A stretch of 64,000 nucleotides of DNA from Camelus dromedarius. Lineage: Eukaryota. The notes below the pieces were generated by a model. It was given only the letters and a program-made list of their open reading frames with translations. It did not search any database and was not told the DNA's origin. The DNA lies in assembly GCF_036321535.1 (NCBI RefSeq), contig NC_087437.1, positions 61,196,001-61,260,000 on the forward strand, in the 5' to 3' direction. Position 1 is the stretch's first letter. The number at the start of each line of letters is the position of its first letter. This document shows positions 1-12,335 of the stretch, one piece after another. Position numbers and translations under genes: made by a program.

Positions 1-3000
1 TCCTGGCCTCGCTCACAGCCACCGCCCACCGCTCCTGCCCTCTCTGCCCTCTCCATGTCCCAGTCTGTCTCTCTGAGTCTGTCTTTGCCTCGCCTCTTCC
101 CATCTTTCCACTCTGTCTCCTCTCTCCCTGCTCTTCCTTCTTTCACTGACTTCCACACTCTTTCACTCTCTCTCTCCGCCCCTCCACCAACTTTCCTGGA
201 CTATAGCTTCCAGGAACACAAAGTAAACTGTCTGACAACTTTCAAGTAATAACTTGCAACTGTGATTCTTGGAAGCTCTCGGACTGGGTATGGAAGCCTC
301 CAGAACTCTGGGCCCGGCCAGAGGCAAGGCCTGCACAGGGCGCCTTTGTCTGTCTCTGAGCCGGGCTTCTTCCTCCGAGCCAGGCACACGCTTTCCCAGC
401 TGCCCCTGGTGGGACTGGTGCTGCTGAAGTTGGAAGTCCCCACACGGGAAGAAATCTTCCCACACTGAACATCTAGCTTATTTTTCAGTGGGAAGAAAAC
501 AGGGAGTGGGCAGCAGGGCTTGCCCCGGGGTCAGGCAGCTAAGTAGAGGCCAGGCGAGGCTGGGTCCCCGTCTCCTGCATCTCAGCCCTTTCCACCTCCA
601 CTGTGAGAAACCGGCTGGGTCAGAGGCCTGGCCTGCAAACAGGGAGGGCACTCTTTCTTCTCCTGCAGACCTGGTAACGTGGCTCCCATGGGCAAACTCA
701 CAAAAGTGATGACAGTAATAACAGTATCGGTTTGAAGGCTAGCTGTGGGCTGAGTGCTTGGCTTGTATTATCTCATTTAATCCTCAATGTAAATTGTGGG
801 GAGGGTGCTGCTATTACTTCTGTGGGCATGACCTTGGACAGTCCTCGGGCCTCCGTCTCCCTGTCGGCAAGGGCAGGGTCTTCTAGGGATCCTTGGGGCT
901 ACTCCTACCCTGCCCTCCTGGGAGTCCACGACCTAGCGGACAGAGAGGAAGGTCCTGGTCTGGGGACAAGCCCTGAGGTGTGCCAGGCCCTTGGCAGGGC
1001 TTATTCAGTGACTCATTAAGGACCTTTCCCTGAACCTCATCTGTCCCCTGGTAGTGGGGGAAGGGGACCTTATGTCACCAAGGAAGAGTACTGACCCCTG
1101 GGCAGGACCCTTGGCCATCTGACTGAGAAAGTCCCCTGCCCAGTAGTTCCTCAATATCTGTTTCTTCGCCCTTGACAAACAGCATGGAAAGACCCTCTCC
1201 TGCCTACCCTTTTCCTACCCAGGGCAGTGGATGCCAAGACTGGGCATCAGGAGACCTGGGCTGGAAAGCAGGCCCTGTGCTTCCTGGTGGTGTGGCCCCA
1301 GAAAAGCCTGTAGCCTCTCGGAGCCGCTGTTACTGCATCTGCAGAGTGAGACCAGAGCCCAGGCCCTCCTAGCACGTGGGCTGACAGGGCACGGCCGGAG
1401 GTGCTCTGGACTTTCACTTCTTCACACGGGCCCAGCCCCGTGGGCGTGGGGTTGCTGTAAAGGGAGCAGTGAGATGGCTGGACTCTGGCGTGGGGAGCTT
1501 GGCAGGAGTAACTCCCTGTCCCTCTGTCTCCATTTCCCCTGCCCTTTTGCAGGCTCTGAATTTGGACCCTATGGAAGTAGCCAAGGCCAAGAATGGGCTG
1601 CCTCCTTTTGAATCCCAGACAGACCCAGCCTGGGTCACCTCCTTGGGTGACTTCTCAGCTCCCTCTCTTCGCCACCAAGTATCTGTCCCTGGGGGAAGAG
1701 CTGACCAGACTCGGGTTTGGGGCAGGGATGTGGCCCTCTCGGCTCCCAGCTGGTACCCTCGTCTGCCAGCCCCACTGTACCCCTGGTGTGGAAGCCTCTG
1801 GAAGGCCCCAGGGTCTGGTTGTGCTGGTTCTACTCTGAACTGTCAGCAGGGCCTTGGGCTGCGCCCACCTTGGCCCAGAGGTTCTATCTGCCTTGGATAC
1901 AATCCAGACCAAAGAGTAAAGGAGGTTTGTTCCTGAAGCCGAGACCAGACATAGGCACACAGAGGGCTCTTTGCTTTGGAGCTGAAGCTTTTAAAGATTT
2001 GTTTTCTTTAAATATCCTGCTGCAGGAAAGAGAAGCCCCAAATCAAACATTCCTGAAACTTGAATTTCAGGTGGCTTTAAAGGAGCAATTTGTTTGGTTT
2101 CCGTCCCACCCTGTTTCTGCTCAGTGGGGTCTTGGGCACTTGTCCCTGGGGTTTGATGGAGGGTCCCCTCCCTTCCAGGCTCACTGTCCAGCCTCACTAG
2201 GAGGCTGTTCAGTGCCAGATCCAGCCCGAGGGCCTCTAGTCACAACCAGGCCCAGGGGACGGCGGTGCACGTCCATCTCCGGAAGGGGAGGCCACTGTTT
2301 GTCCATCCTCAGCTGGATTCCCACTGTTGGCCACACCCTCTTTTTTGAACCATCTCTTTGACCTTGGGGATCAGACACACTTCTGACTCTCCTCCTGAGT
2401 CCTGGTTGCTCTGTCTGTGACTCTTCCTGTCACCTCCTGCCAGGAAATCTCCCAGAACCCATCCTTGAGCTGTGCCCCCTCTTGGAGAACCCACTCACTC
2501 CCTTGCCTTCAGCAGTGCTGGGCCTGGCCAAGCCTCTATCTCCAGGCTCTCAGGCCCTGCCAGTGCTCCAGGATCTGTCCTGAATGTCTTCTCTTTTTTA
2601 GCTTTATTGGGGATATAATGGACAAAATTCTGAGATATTTACATGACACAAAATGATTTGTTATATATGTATACATTGTGAAAACTTTCCCCCATCAAAT
2701 TGGCCTTAGTTTTCTGTGATTGAATGATTCTCCTGAAGTCCCACCAGAGGCTTGGGGTCTTTCCAAGACCGGGCATCAGGGGGAAAGGAGAGAAAAAGCA
2801 AGGGCAAAACCAGCTGTTGAGTGAGGGCAGCACTTATTAGCAAGAGGGAGAAGCTGATTGGGATGCTGGGGACTGTCCCAAGTCTCATCCAAAGGGTGTC
2901 CCAAGGCTCATGTTGACTAAGAGAGGAGCAGATGAGAGGACTCCTCTGAGCAGCCTCATTTGCCTTCCTTGCCCCTGGGTCCCTGCGGTGGGGCTGTGGT

Positions 3001-4951
3001 AGGACTAGGGGTAGTGTAGGGAGGAAGGACACTGGGTGAAGGGGCACCCAGAAGAAGGGACTGATCAAAGGCTTATTCCGTCATCCAGGGAGGAGCTGAT
3101 AGAAAGACTGAGGCCTGAACTGAGATAGTGAGAATAAACATTCATCCATTCGTTCATTCATTCATTCAGTAAACACCAAATAACCACAATGTACCCAAGA
3201 GTTAATGAAATTAATTTTAAAAAGAATGTGTTCATGTGTAATTTAATTTAAAATTATACTATATTATTTAAGTCATACCATATTAAAATATAATTTAAAA
3301 TGATATTTATGTATTTTAAAAAGACTAGAAGCCAATTTCATCAAATGCTTGTGGTGGATGAGCTAGTGTTTCCTAATGAGGGGGATTCTGGCTGCCATTC
3401 GGGGTGTCAGGACGCCTGATTTCTGGGACCAGCCCTTCCTCTGCCTGGCTGTGTGACTAGGAAAAGCCCTTCGCCTCTCTGAGCCTGTTCCCTCATCTGT
3501 GCAATCAGAGTGTAGAACCAGAAGATCCACGGCTCTTTCCAGCTCTGATTTTACCTGAGAACATTCGAAACTAGAGGTTATGGACACTTTTATTGTCATG
3601 GCTGGGGCTGCTCTGCTTGGCCTGGGAGCTGTGCCTGCCCCTACTGCCGGCCCCTCGCGGGCAGGGCCCCGCTGATGGGAGGTAGTGGCCACCCACAGTC
3701 TGACCATCTGTCAGGCTCTGATCTCAAATTAGAATCACAGTGCTCATCTCTTTAAACCCACTTTGTATCATGAAAGTCCTCCTCTACCCTTCAGTTGCAG
3801 CCTCATGACCTGCGTCAAAGGCCTCAAAGCCTTAGTTGGGAAGTGAGGGAGCCAGTACATTGATTATCTATCCCCTCCCCATCCCTCAAGTGTGCCCAAC
3901 TCTAATGTGAATTCTGCAGGTGTTAGCACATTCATTCTCCTCTGCTGCAGCCCTGGTGGGAGTTTATCACCTTGTCTCACAGAGGAGGAGGTGAGGTTCT
4001 GAGAGGTTGTGTGCCTGCCTGGTCAGACAGCTGGTAAGTGCAGCTCCAGGACTGGAAATTAGAGCTAAAAGTAGCCAGACGCCCAGGTGGCTCTTCTGAT
4101 GACTGAGGGGGATTTCCAGCTGCCGTCAGACCCTGCTTCTGCTCCTACTTACAGAATTTTGTATGTGGTGGCAGGAGTTTAAATCCACTTCTGGTTCTAT
4201 CCATTGGAAACACATTTCTCTTCTCTAGAAAATCCCATTGGCAAAATTGCCTTTTCCCTCCTTGTTCTCAGGCCTCCGAGTCACCCTGTCTGCCCAGCAG
4301 TTGTCGGATCCAGTACCTTCTGTCATCTTTCTGTGCAGGCTGGAACTCCTGTCCTTACAGGAAGCAGCCTCTTGAACGGGAGAGAATTTAGGGTCCCCGG
4401 CCGTCCTGCCGGCCCCCTCACACCCAGCTGGCTCCCAGGGACCTGCTGCTTCCTTTCATAATGTCGCTACTTGGTCAACTCTGTCCTTTCTTCTCCAGGC
4501 TGCTCCCCACTGGATGCTGTGTCCTGCCCCCACATAACACCTTTTCTTTTCTTCTTTAAATTCTAAAATTGGAAGGCAGGGGAAATGACGTCCATCCCTC
4601 CCCCTGGCCTTAGACCTTCAGGCAGGCACTCAAGATGAAGAAAAAGCAGTTTCTTATCAAGTGCTATTGCTTTTCTGTTTTGACCACTGGCGTTAGTCGT
4701 TTTTCTAATGTTCTTTGCACATGTTCAAGAATTCTGGAGGCTTATGGGTTAATTGGCCCTCCTTGGGCTAGCCTGAGTACCTAAATACCATAGTAACCCT
4801 GTTTCAGTAGGAAAATGTCTTTTGGCCACATCTTGGAATATAACTTAGTTGGAAGTTGGGGGCTGTCTCTTTAATTCTTTACAAATTCAAATCTGCTACA
4901 TCTAGGGTAGGATTTTTAACTTTGCTTATTTGACTAATAGTCCACAGCCTA

Positions 4952-5107
4952 GGGGAAGTGTATAGCTCAAGTGGTAGAGCGCATGCTCAGTATGCAAGAG
5001 GTCCTGGATTCAATCCTCAGTACCCCCTCCAAGCAGAAATAAATGAATAAACCTAATTACCTCCCCCTCATGAAACAAACAATACAAGCAAAAAAAAAAA
5101 AAAAAAA
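4952..5107 (+). mobile_element. tRNA-Ala-derived SINE (camelid vic-1-like)
   Basis: Head GGGGAAGTGTATAGCTCAAGTGGTAGAGCGCATGC...GGATTCAATCCTCAGTACC with A/B-box-like motifs, then AATAAACCTAATTACCTCCCC and an A-rich tail. Degenerate TSD AGTCCACAGCC/AGTCCATACCC. Confidence 0.9.
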
Positions 5108-5899
5108 GTCCATACCCCACAGGACTGTCCCAAGGATTAAATGAGGTATGATATGGGAACATCCGGCTCATAATAGGTGCCCGGTAAATATCCCACACCC
5201 CCTCCCACTCCCTGCTGTCTTGGGAGAACTCACGCCTCAGCATCTCTGAGCCCTGGTTTCATCATCTGTGAACTGGGTAACAGTCCTGGAGTTGCCGCGA
5301 CTACCTCATAGGGTGAGGTACCAGGCAGAGTGTGAAAGTGCTTTATAAACTGACAGTGCAGAGGGCAGTCACAGGGTTGTTACACGAGGCCCTGTGTGCC
5401 ACTTAATTGACTTATTTTTGAAGAGATAAAGCTCCAGTCCCCACACCCTTAAATCCTTGATAGGGCAGGCCGCTCTGAGCTCATGGAGTCAGGCCCTGCC
5501 TGCCCACACAGTTCTAGGGCTTAATGAAGGCCAGATCTGCCCTCACCCCCTTGCCCCATCTCAGCTTTTCCAGCACTTGGTCCACAGGCACCGACTTGTC
5601 GGAGGTATGCGGTCTATTGGTGCCTGAAGGTGGGACTCCCTGGATGAGCTGACATCTCACTTCAGTTAGGCCCTAGGGCTCGTGGTCCCCTGTGCCCCTC
5701 TGTCTCCTGGCTGGGGTGGGGTGGGAGTGGAGGGCCCCAGTCCTGGCTCTCCAGGTGGCTGGCAGTTCCCCCAGACTAAGGTTTCCCCACGGTCCACAGC
5801 CACTGCACCCTGCCTTGGGAGCGGGCTCAGGGCTGCCCGTCTGGGTCTCCCAAAGCACGTCTCTTCCCCAGAGGACTTTGTATACTCATAGTTCAGCAT

Positions 5900-6200
5900 T
5901 TATGGCAATGAGTATTAGAAAAGAATATAGCTAGCTGAAAAGAGGCTTGACCTGACAAAAAATTGAAGGATTTGGAAACAGGAGTTTTTAAAACAGATCA
6001 AGTGAAAGAAATGAGAGTGGCTGCATATATTAATCTATTACGTGTGCTCTGTGTTCTTCAGCAAAGTGTATTTGTTTACAAAGTGAGATGATTTAAAGTT
6101 GATTTGATGACAAACACTAAGTGGAAAATAGAGTAGGTGATGTGTGCTTATGGTAAAAATTGTGTCGGGAAGTTGAATGACTGAAGTTTGGGAAACACTG
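5900..6200 (-). mobile_element. hAT-Charlie non-autonomous DNA transposon relic (MER113-like)
   Basis: Minus strand starts CAGTGTTTCCCAAACTTCAGTCATTC, a typical Charlie-family terminus, followed by an AT-rich body. The other boundary is uncertain. Confidence 0.55.
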
Positions 6201-6867
6201 TTTTCTCATTTAATGCTCATGAAAGTCTTATGAGTAGGTGTTATTGTCTCCTTTTCCAGAGGCAGAAACAGGTGCTGAGAGGCGAGTTGCCCAAGGTCTC
6301 TCAGTGAGGAAGTGGCCATGGTCAATGGCCATGACCAGGGGTAGTTGGCCTGGAGAGAGGGCTCCCCGCAGGACCACTGAGGAGGTTGGGCGGTGAAGCG
6401 GTGGGCTGTGGAGCCCTGGGCTGGCAGTTCAAAGCTCACCTCTCTATTGGTGAACTGTGCCAGGCAGGGGTTTGTTTTTGGACCAGAAACGGTTGCATCA
6501 GACTGGCTGACCTCATGCCTGTGGTAGGGCAGATAGCAAGACTGATTGGTGATTAAGGAGGTGGGGAGTGGGGTGGGGAGATGGTGAGAAGGAGAATCAG
6601 GCAGAGACAAAAGACAGGCAGAGGCCTGCCAGGCTGGGCCCCTCAGGGATCTTGAACTTGGAGGAGGAACTTAATAACTCACCCCTTCAGGTTCTTTTAA
6701 CCACTGGTCTGGCCTAGAATTGACCTCCAACAGGCCTTTAACATGCAATGTGGTGGTAAGTGAGAAGGATTTAAGTCAAAAGAAAGCTGTAAACTTTGCA
6801 AATGCATCCCCACCCACAAATCCAGACACTCAGACACTGTCCCCGCCACGGTCACCCCCTTCCCCCA

Positions 6868-6896
6868 ACACACAAACACACACACACACACACACA
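6868..6896. repeat. (CA)n microsatellite
   Basis: Interrupted CA run visible directly. Confidence 0.9.
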
Positions 6897-7316
6897 GCAT
6901 GGGTGATGTGGGGTCAGGGGCCCTTCCTATAGGAGCACCATTGCAGACCTTTTGTCCTAGTGCCTCTTGTACAGCCCTTAGGGTGTGCTTTCACCTTTGG
7001 AATGATCAGTTGCTGACCTGACCCTCTGCCTTTGTTCTATTGTCATGATAAAATTCAATAGTTTTAATAGTCTCTGGCTACGGCTGCCAGAGACGTAAAC
7101 ACTGGTTAAAACAGAACTAACAAACCAGTAATGAACGCACATGATGAGCTGCCTCTATGCAAGGGGTGGATTTGTTGAGTGAAAAGCAAAGGGGGAGGGG
7201 CTGAAAGATGAATGAGGTGGCCTTGGCCTCAAGGGACTTGGAGTCCCCTGAGAGGGAGGAGAAGGGCATGTGCTTGAAGCTTTAATGACCAGCCAGCAGA
7301 AGATTTCAGTAAGACT

Positions 7317-7779
7317 TGTAGGCTGCGTAAGAACACACAACCTGAAAGTCACTAGTTGTGTTTTATTCAGGAAACTTACTGAAGACTATAGCCCAAGAGA
7401 CAGCCTCTCAGAAAGATCTGAAGAACTACTCCGAAGAGGTAAGGGAGGAGCCAGGATATATAGGAGGTTTTGCTGGAAAAAAACAAAAACAAAAACAAAC
7501 CAAAACATATAGTCAAAACATCAAAGGATTACTGCTAGTTACAAAAACCAGACATCTCAAGTTAATGATTTTAGTGCTTTTCTGTGTTTGGGAAGATGCA
7601 AGAGTCTGGGCTCATTGAAATCATTCCTTAGATATGCATCCCAACTGTCTAGGACCAGAGTTCTGTTTCCTCAATCCTGAATCCCCCTCAGGGTGTACTG
7701 CTGGCGTGGCTGCAGTGGCTGATGGCTTGATGGCAGGCCACGTTCATTGTTTACTGAAATGTGGAAATTTTTGTCCAAA
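7317..7779 (-). mobile_element. ERV1-class solo LTR (cetartiodactyl MER41-like)
   Basis: About 460 bp starting with TG. On the minus strand, TATATA (7457-7462) lies upstream of AATAAA (7362-7367). The GACAGCCTCTCAGA...GAAGAGGTAAGGGAGGAGCCAGGATATATAGG core resembles artiodactyl ERV1 LTRs as I recall them. No internal sequence flanks it. Confidence 0.75.
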
Positions 7780-8879
7780 ACTTGAAGACAACTGACCATA
7801 AAAGGGCGGTCACAGTGAAGTGTGTGATGTCCTCAGGGGCTGGACCCCACCCTCAGGTGGAGGGTGGTTGTCAGAGAGGGTTTCCTCTGCCCCGGGACTG
7901 GTGGCAACTGAAGAAAATTTGGTCTCACTTGTGTTGTGTGAGGCTTAATGCACAAGTCACAAAACACTTGAGCCAAGTCGGGCAGGAGGAATCAGCCCCA
8001 GTAGATGGATGAGGGTGCTGAGGCTCAGGGAAGCATGGTAAGCTGCCCAGGACAGCAGACTCCGGCAGTTAGGGACAGCACTCAGACCCCTGAAGGGTAA
8101 GCCAAGCCAAAGATTGGGCAGGGCATGGAGGGCATGGAGGGCAGGGAGGGCACAGATGGTTACTCTCGTGTCTGCAGAAAAGGAACAAAGAGGGGGGTGA
8201 AGTTTAGTCTTTGCCCCCAAAAAGCAGCTGCAAGAGAAGGGACCTGGGGTAACTCACATCAGAGCGTCAGGGAAGGGGGATGTTCAAGGGGAATGGGAGG
8301 GGGCACACTTGCTGGCGGGGATGGGGGAGGGCACAAATGGTGCTTACAGTTGGTTGAGAGATAAAGATTTCTGGTACTAGGTAAGAGAAACCTCAAAAAC
8401 TTTCAATTCCAGAACTTTGTTCTAGAGATTAGTCAACTCTCTTTATTTTTATCTTTTAAAAAATGAAGCTTTTTGTAAGTCAGTTCTAGATTCTTTCTAA
8501 TACTTTGAAGCTGAGAGAGGGAGGGAACAGCAGCTACTACCCGCCCCCCCCCCCCACCAGCCCCGTCTCTACTGTGCTGTGGGAACACTGCTGAGAGCTC
8601 GCTCAACCTCTCAGCCACCTTCAGAGGCTGCTACAATCATCCCCATGTTATAATCGGGGAAACTGAGGCGCCAAATGGTCAAATTCCTCGCTCAAGGCCA
8701 CTCAGCAAAGAAATGGCAGCGCTGAACTTTGACCCAGGGCCGGCTTGTTCTGTATGAAGCTGGTTGCCTCAGGTACTGCAGCCCCTCTGCCGGCAGCCCG
8801 CTGCTCGCCTTGGCTCCACGGATGCCTGTCTTCACAGGATCCCTGTGACTTGGAGACTGCTCTTACTGGGAAGTAAACA

Positions 8880-9440
8880 CTTTTTTTTTTAACCTGACTA
8901 CAAAAGTAAAACATCTGTTTTTGAAATTTTTTAATGTATAGCAAAACACAAAGAAGAAAAGTTAAATTCTCTCTAATCCCACAACCCAGAACTAACCATT
9001 GTTTTTTTCTTTGTTTGTGGGGAGGAGGTAATTAGATTTATTTATTTATTTATTTATTTATTTATTTTAAAAAAATTTAATGGAGGTACGGGGATTAAAC
9101 CCAGGACCTTGTGCATGCTAAGCACACGCTCTACCACTGAGCTATACCCCCAGAACTAACCACTGTTAACATTTGGGGGAACATCCTTCCAGTCTTTCTT
9201 CTGTGTATCAACATGCATATGTAATAAAAATTACCACCATGCTCTTTTGTAATTTTTAACAGCTTTATGGAGATATAATTAACAACACTGGACATATTTA
9301 AAGGGTACAATTTGGTAAGTTTTGACACATGTACATCATGTGTGAAATGCCACCACAATCAAGATACTGAACACACCTGTCACCCCCAAACCATTCCCCA
9401 AGGCCCTTTTACAGCCCTCCCTTCCTCCAGTCCCTCCCAG
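8880..9440 (-). mobile_element. Old L1M 3'-UTR fragments, interrupted by a SINE
   Basis: AACAGCTTTATGGAGATATAATT...GTACAATTTGGTAAGTTTTGACA...CCACCACAATCAAGATACTGAAC is typical antisense L1MB/MC 3' end sequence. Confidence 0.7.
9004..9150 (-). mobile_element. tRNA-Ala-derived SINE (vic-1-like)
   Basis: Minus strand GGGGGTATAGCTCAGTGGTAGAGCGTGTGCTTAGCATGCACAAGG plus a (TAAA)n/CTAATTACCTCC tail. TSD CAGAACTAACCA(T/C)TGTT at 8987-9003 and 9151-9167. Confidence 0.92.
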
Positions 9441-9446
9441 TGAGGC

Positions 9447-9936
9447 TGTTACCGAGTCCTAGCTTATACTGCTCAACAGGCCAATAAATCGAGAGACTAG
9501 TTGTTGCGGCAAGGAATAGTGACTTTATTTGGAAAGCCAGCAGACCAAGAAGATGGTGGACTAGTGTCTCAAAGAACCATCTTCCCTGTGTTAGAATTCA
9601 GGCTTTTATACTAAAAGGGGAGGGGCGTGGTTGGTCGTTGCAAACTTCTTGGTGCTAGAATCCTTTGTTCTTGAGCTGTCCGTGTAGGTCTGGTCACAGT
9701 GTTCCTACAGACCTCCAACAAGACAAATGTTATTCTTTGTTCTGCAAATTTTGCCTCTATATGAATGGAAAAGTGTTATACCTTTAAAGACCAGAGCTTT
9801 GAGAATGGGCTATTTTGTATATTTTAGGCTATAGGTAACATTTTTTTAGTTATTAAATCGTAGCAAATACAATAGAATACAAAAGTTAAAGTAAAAGAAA
9901 CAGATCCAATATGGGGTCAGATTTATTCCTATTACA
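9447..9936 (-). mobile_element. ERV1-class solo LTR
   Basis: TG...CA termini (TGTTACCGAG...ATTACA), about 490 bp. On the minus strand, TATAAAA (9604-9610) precedes AATAAA (9524-9529). Confidence 0.8.
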
Positions 9937-10879
9937 TGCCAGTGGCACAGGCCTGGGTAGCAGGCATCTGGCCAGGGCTTGCCTAAGCTCTGTCTCTCAG
10001 TCATGGTATGCTTCAAAGAGCACGAACAATGCCACCTTCTGAGGCTAAAAGGTGCTTTTGAGTTTATCAGCTTCCCCCAGCAGCATGGCCTCCCCTTGGG
10101 CCTGCCCTCCCCCACCCCCGCCCCCGGGGCTCTCAGCCCTCCACCTCTAACCAGCCCTCAGTCACTGCAGACCTGCCTTCTTGGATCTGAATCTCCCAGC
10201 TCCCAGAAGTTGGCCCCATCTCCTCCTTGAGCTCACTTACCTCATCCAGGAAGGTTGCTGGGGTCCCCAGTCGCAAGTGTCACAGTCGCATCCTTAGCTA
10301 TTGCCGCTTCTCCAGGAGCTGGGGTGGAGCCATCAGCCTGGGAAGGGGTACAGCAGGCTCTCTGGGAAGCACCCATGCTTGCTTTTTGCTACTTTTGACA
10401 GACATCTTTCTGAATCTTATTACTCATGCACTTTGATGAGCAGATTTCCTGAGTGTAATTTAATCTTTTCTCTATGACTCAGGGCTTGTCTTTGCAACCA
10501 CATTTGCTAACGTCAGGTGGCTGATGGAGTGTGCAATGTGGGTGAAGGGGAGACCAACACCAGAGGTTTTACTGGAACTTGCTTTCTTACAAAGGCTACA
10601 CATGTCCTCTAGCCTCAGAAGAGGGAAGGAGGTTTTGTTTCTGCCTGCCCTATTGGCAATCTAACATGCAAACAATTTATTAGCAAGTCAAGGGCTGAAG
10701 CAACCTTCTCTCAAATGGCTTTCTCATCAAATTAGCATCATGGGCACCCGGATCTGCACATTGTTGGACAGCTCTCAGTGTCCTTTCACACACATTTTCT
10801 TTTCTGATCTTCACAATAACCCTATAAGAAAAGCAGGATAGGTGCTCCTGCCTATTTTAGATTCCTGCTACACAGCAGT

Positions 10880-11820
10880 CTCAGAAATCAATTCCAGGTC
10901 CATTAACGACATGACAGGCAGAATATAAATGCTTAAGAACGGAGCATAGGAGTATATCTCTATGACCTTGAGATACAAAGAATTTATTGAAAGCACTAAC
11001 TGTTAAGAAAAATATGAATAAATTCTACTACATTAAAATGAAAAGCTGATAATGATGTATCAATGGAGGTAAATCAATTGTAACAAATGTACCATTCTGG
11101 TGGAGGATTTTGGAGGTGGGGGAGCTGTGCCTGTGTGAGGGTCAGGGGTATATGGGAACCCTCTGTACTCTCTGCTCTGTAATTTTGCCCTGAACCTAAA
11201 ACTGCCCTAAAAAAAAATCAAGTCCATTTAAAAGGAAAAAAAAAAAATTTCTGTTCCTCAAAGGATCCTATAAATAAAGCAAAAAAGTGCAAAACTGGAG
11301 AAGATACTTGCAACACGCAGCCAAGGTAGGATTAGAGTCCAGTGTCCATAAAAAACTTCTGGAAATAAGTAAGGAAAAAGACAAGGAAAGTGCAACGAGG
11401 TGTTTTGTGAAGAGAAAATGTACATTGTTGGTAAACATAAAAAGATGCCTAACTTTATTAAAAACCAGGAAAACACAAATTGAAGACACTAGGAAATACC
11501 ATTTTACACCCACCATATTGGCAAAGGAGATAACAGTTAGGGTTTTTGTGCTGAGTATGTTCTTGCTGCTGTTGTTGCTGCCCAGTCAAGGCCTGCGCCT
11601 GCCTTCTAGACCCAAAGGGCAGTTCCCTGTAGGACACACCGTGCAGGAGGTTCAGGGCAGCACCATTTGCCATATCAAAAACCTATAAGCAAGCCATATA
11701 GCTTTTCAAAGTAAAATGGATAAATGGTGATCTATCATGTAATGGAACATGGCAGAGAAAACGAATAAACCTCAGCTTCCTTCATTAACAAGTGAATTTC
11801 AAGATTATGTTGTTGAATGA
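10880..11820 (+). mobile_element. Degraded ancient L1M ORF2-end/3'-UTR fragments
   Basis: ORF 11287-11688 contains KRCLTLLKTRKTQIEDTRKYHFTP, similar to the L1 ORF2p C-terminal [25 protein letters not shown] nested L1 3' piece lies at about 11050-11250. Confidence 0.65.
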
Positions 11821-12249
11821 TGTATTCCTTTCTTGGGACTGCCATAACAAAGTGCCACAGACTGGGTGGCTTGAACAATAAGTATATTCTCTCACAGTTC
11901 TGGGGGCTAGAAGTCCAAGATCAAGGTGTTGGCAGGGCCATGCTCCCTCTGGAGGCACTAGGGAAGGATCTGGCCTTTCTCTGAGCATCTGGTAGTTCTT
12001 TGGCAGCTGGCGACATTACTCCATTCTTCACATGGTGTCTTCCATGTGTTTGTAGCTCTGTGTTCAAATTTCCCCCTTTTTATAAGGCGACCAGTCATAT
12101 TGGATTAGAGCCCACTCTAATGTCATTTTAACTTGACTATCTCTGTGAAGACCTTATCTCCAAAAAAGGACATGTTCTGAAATACTAGGGGTTAAGACTC
12201 ATAACACAATCTTTTCTGGGGGTAGGGGAGCACAATTCAATCCATAACA
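11821..12249 (-). mobile_element. MaLR solo LTR (MLT1B/C-like)
   Basis: TGTATT...GCCATAACAAAGTGCCACAGACTGGGTGGCTT...CTCACAGTTCTGGGGGCTAGAAGTCCAAGATCAAGGTG...CACAATTCAATCCATAACA, the classic antisense MLT1 pattern with TG/CA ends. Confidence 0.88.
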
Positions 12250-12335
12250 AATTTCGAAAGTGGCAGAATACATTTAATGAAATACCATTTATATAAAATT
12301 TAGGGATACAAAAATACTTACAGGTTTGACGAGAG

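Noticed and set aside
1469..2361. Long ORFs of 155 and 214 aa
   Set aside because: No recognisable domain, overlapping ORFs on both strands, and composition typical of chance frames in GC-rich non-coding DNA.
9079..9151. Possible tRNA-Ala(AGC) gene on the minus strand
   Set aside because: It carries the SINE tail and a 17-bp TSD and has T-arm changes, so it is a retroposed SINE rather than a tRNA gene. The same applies to the other copies.
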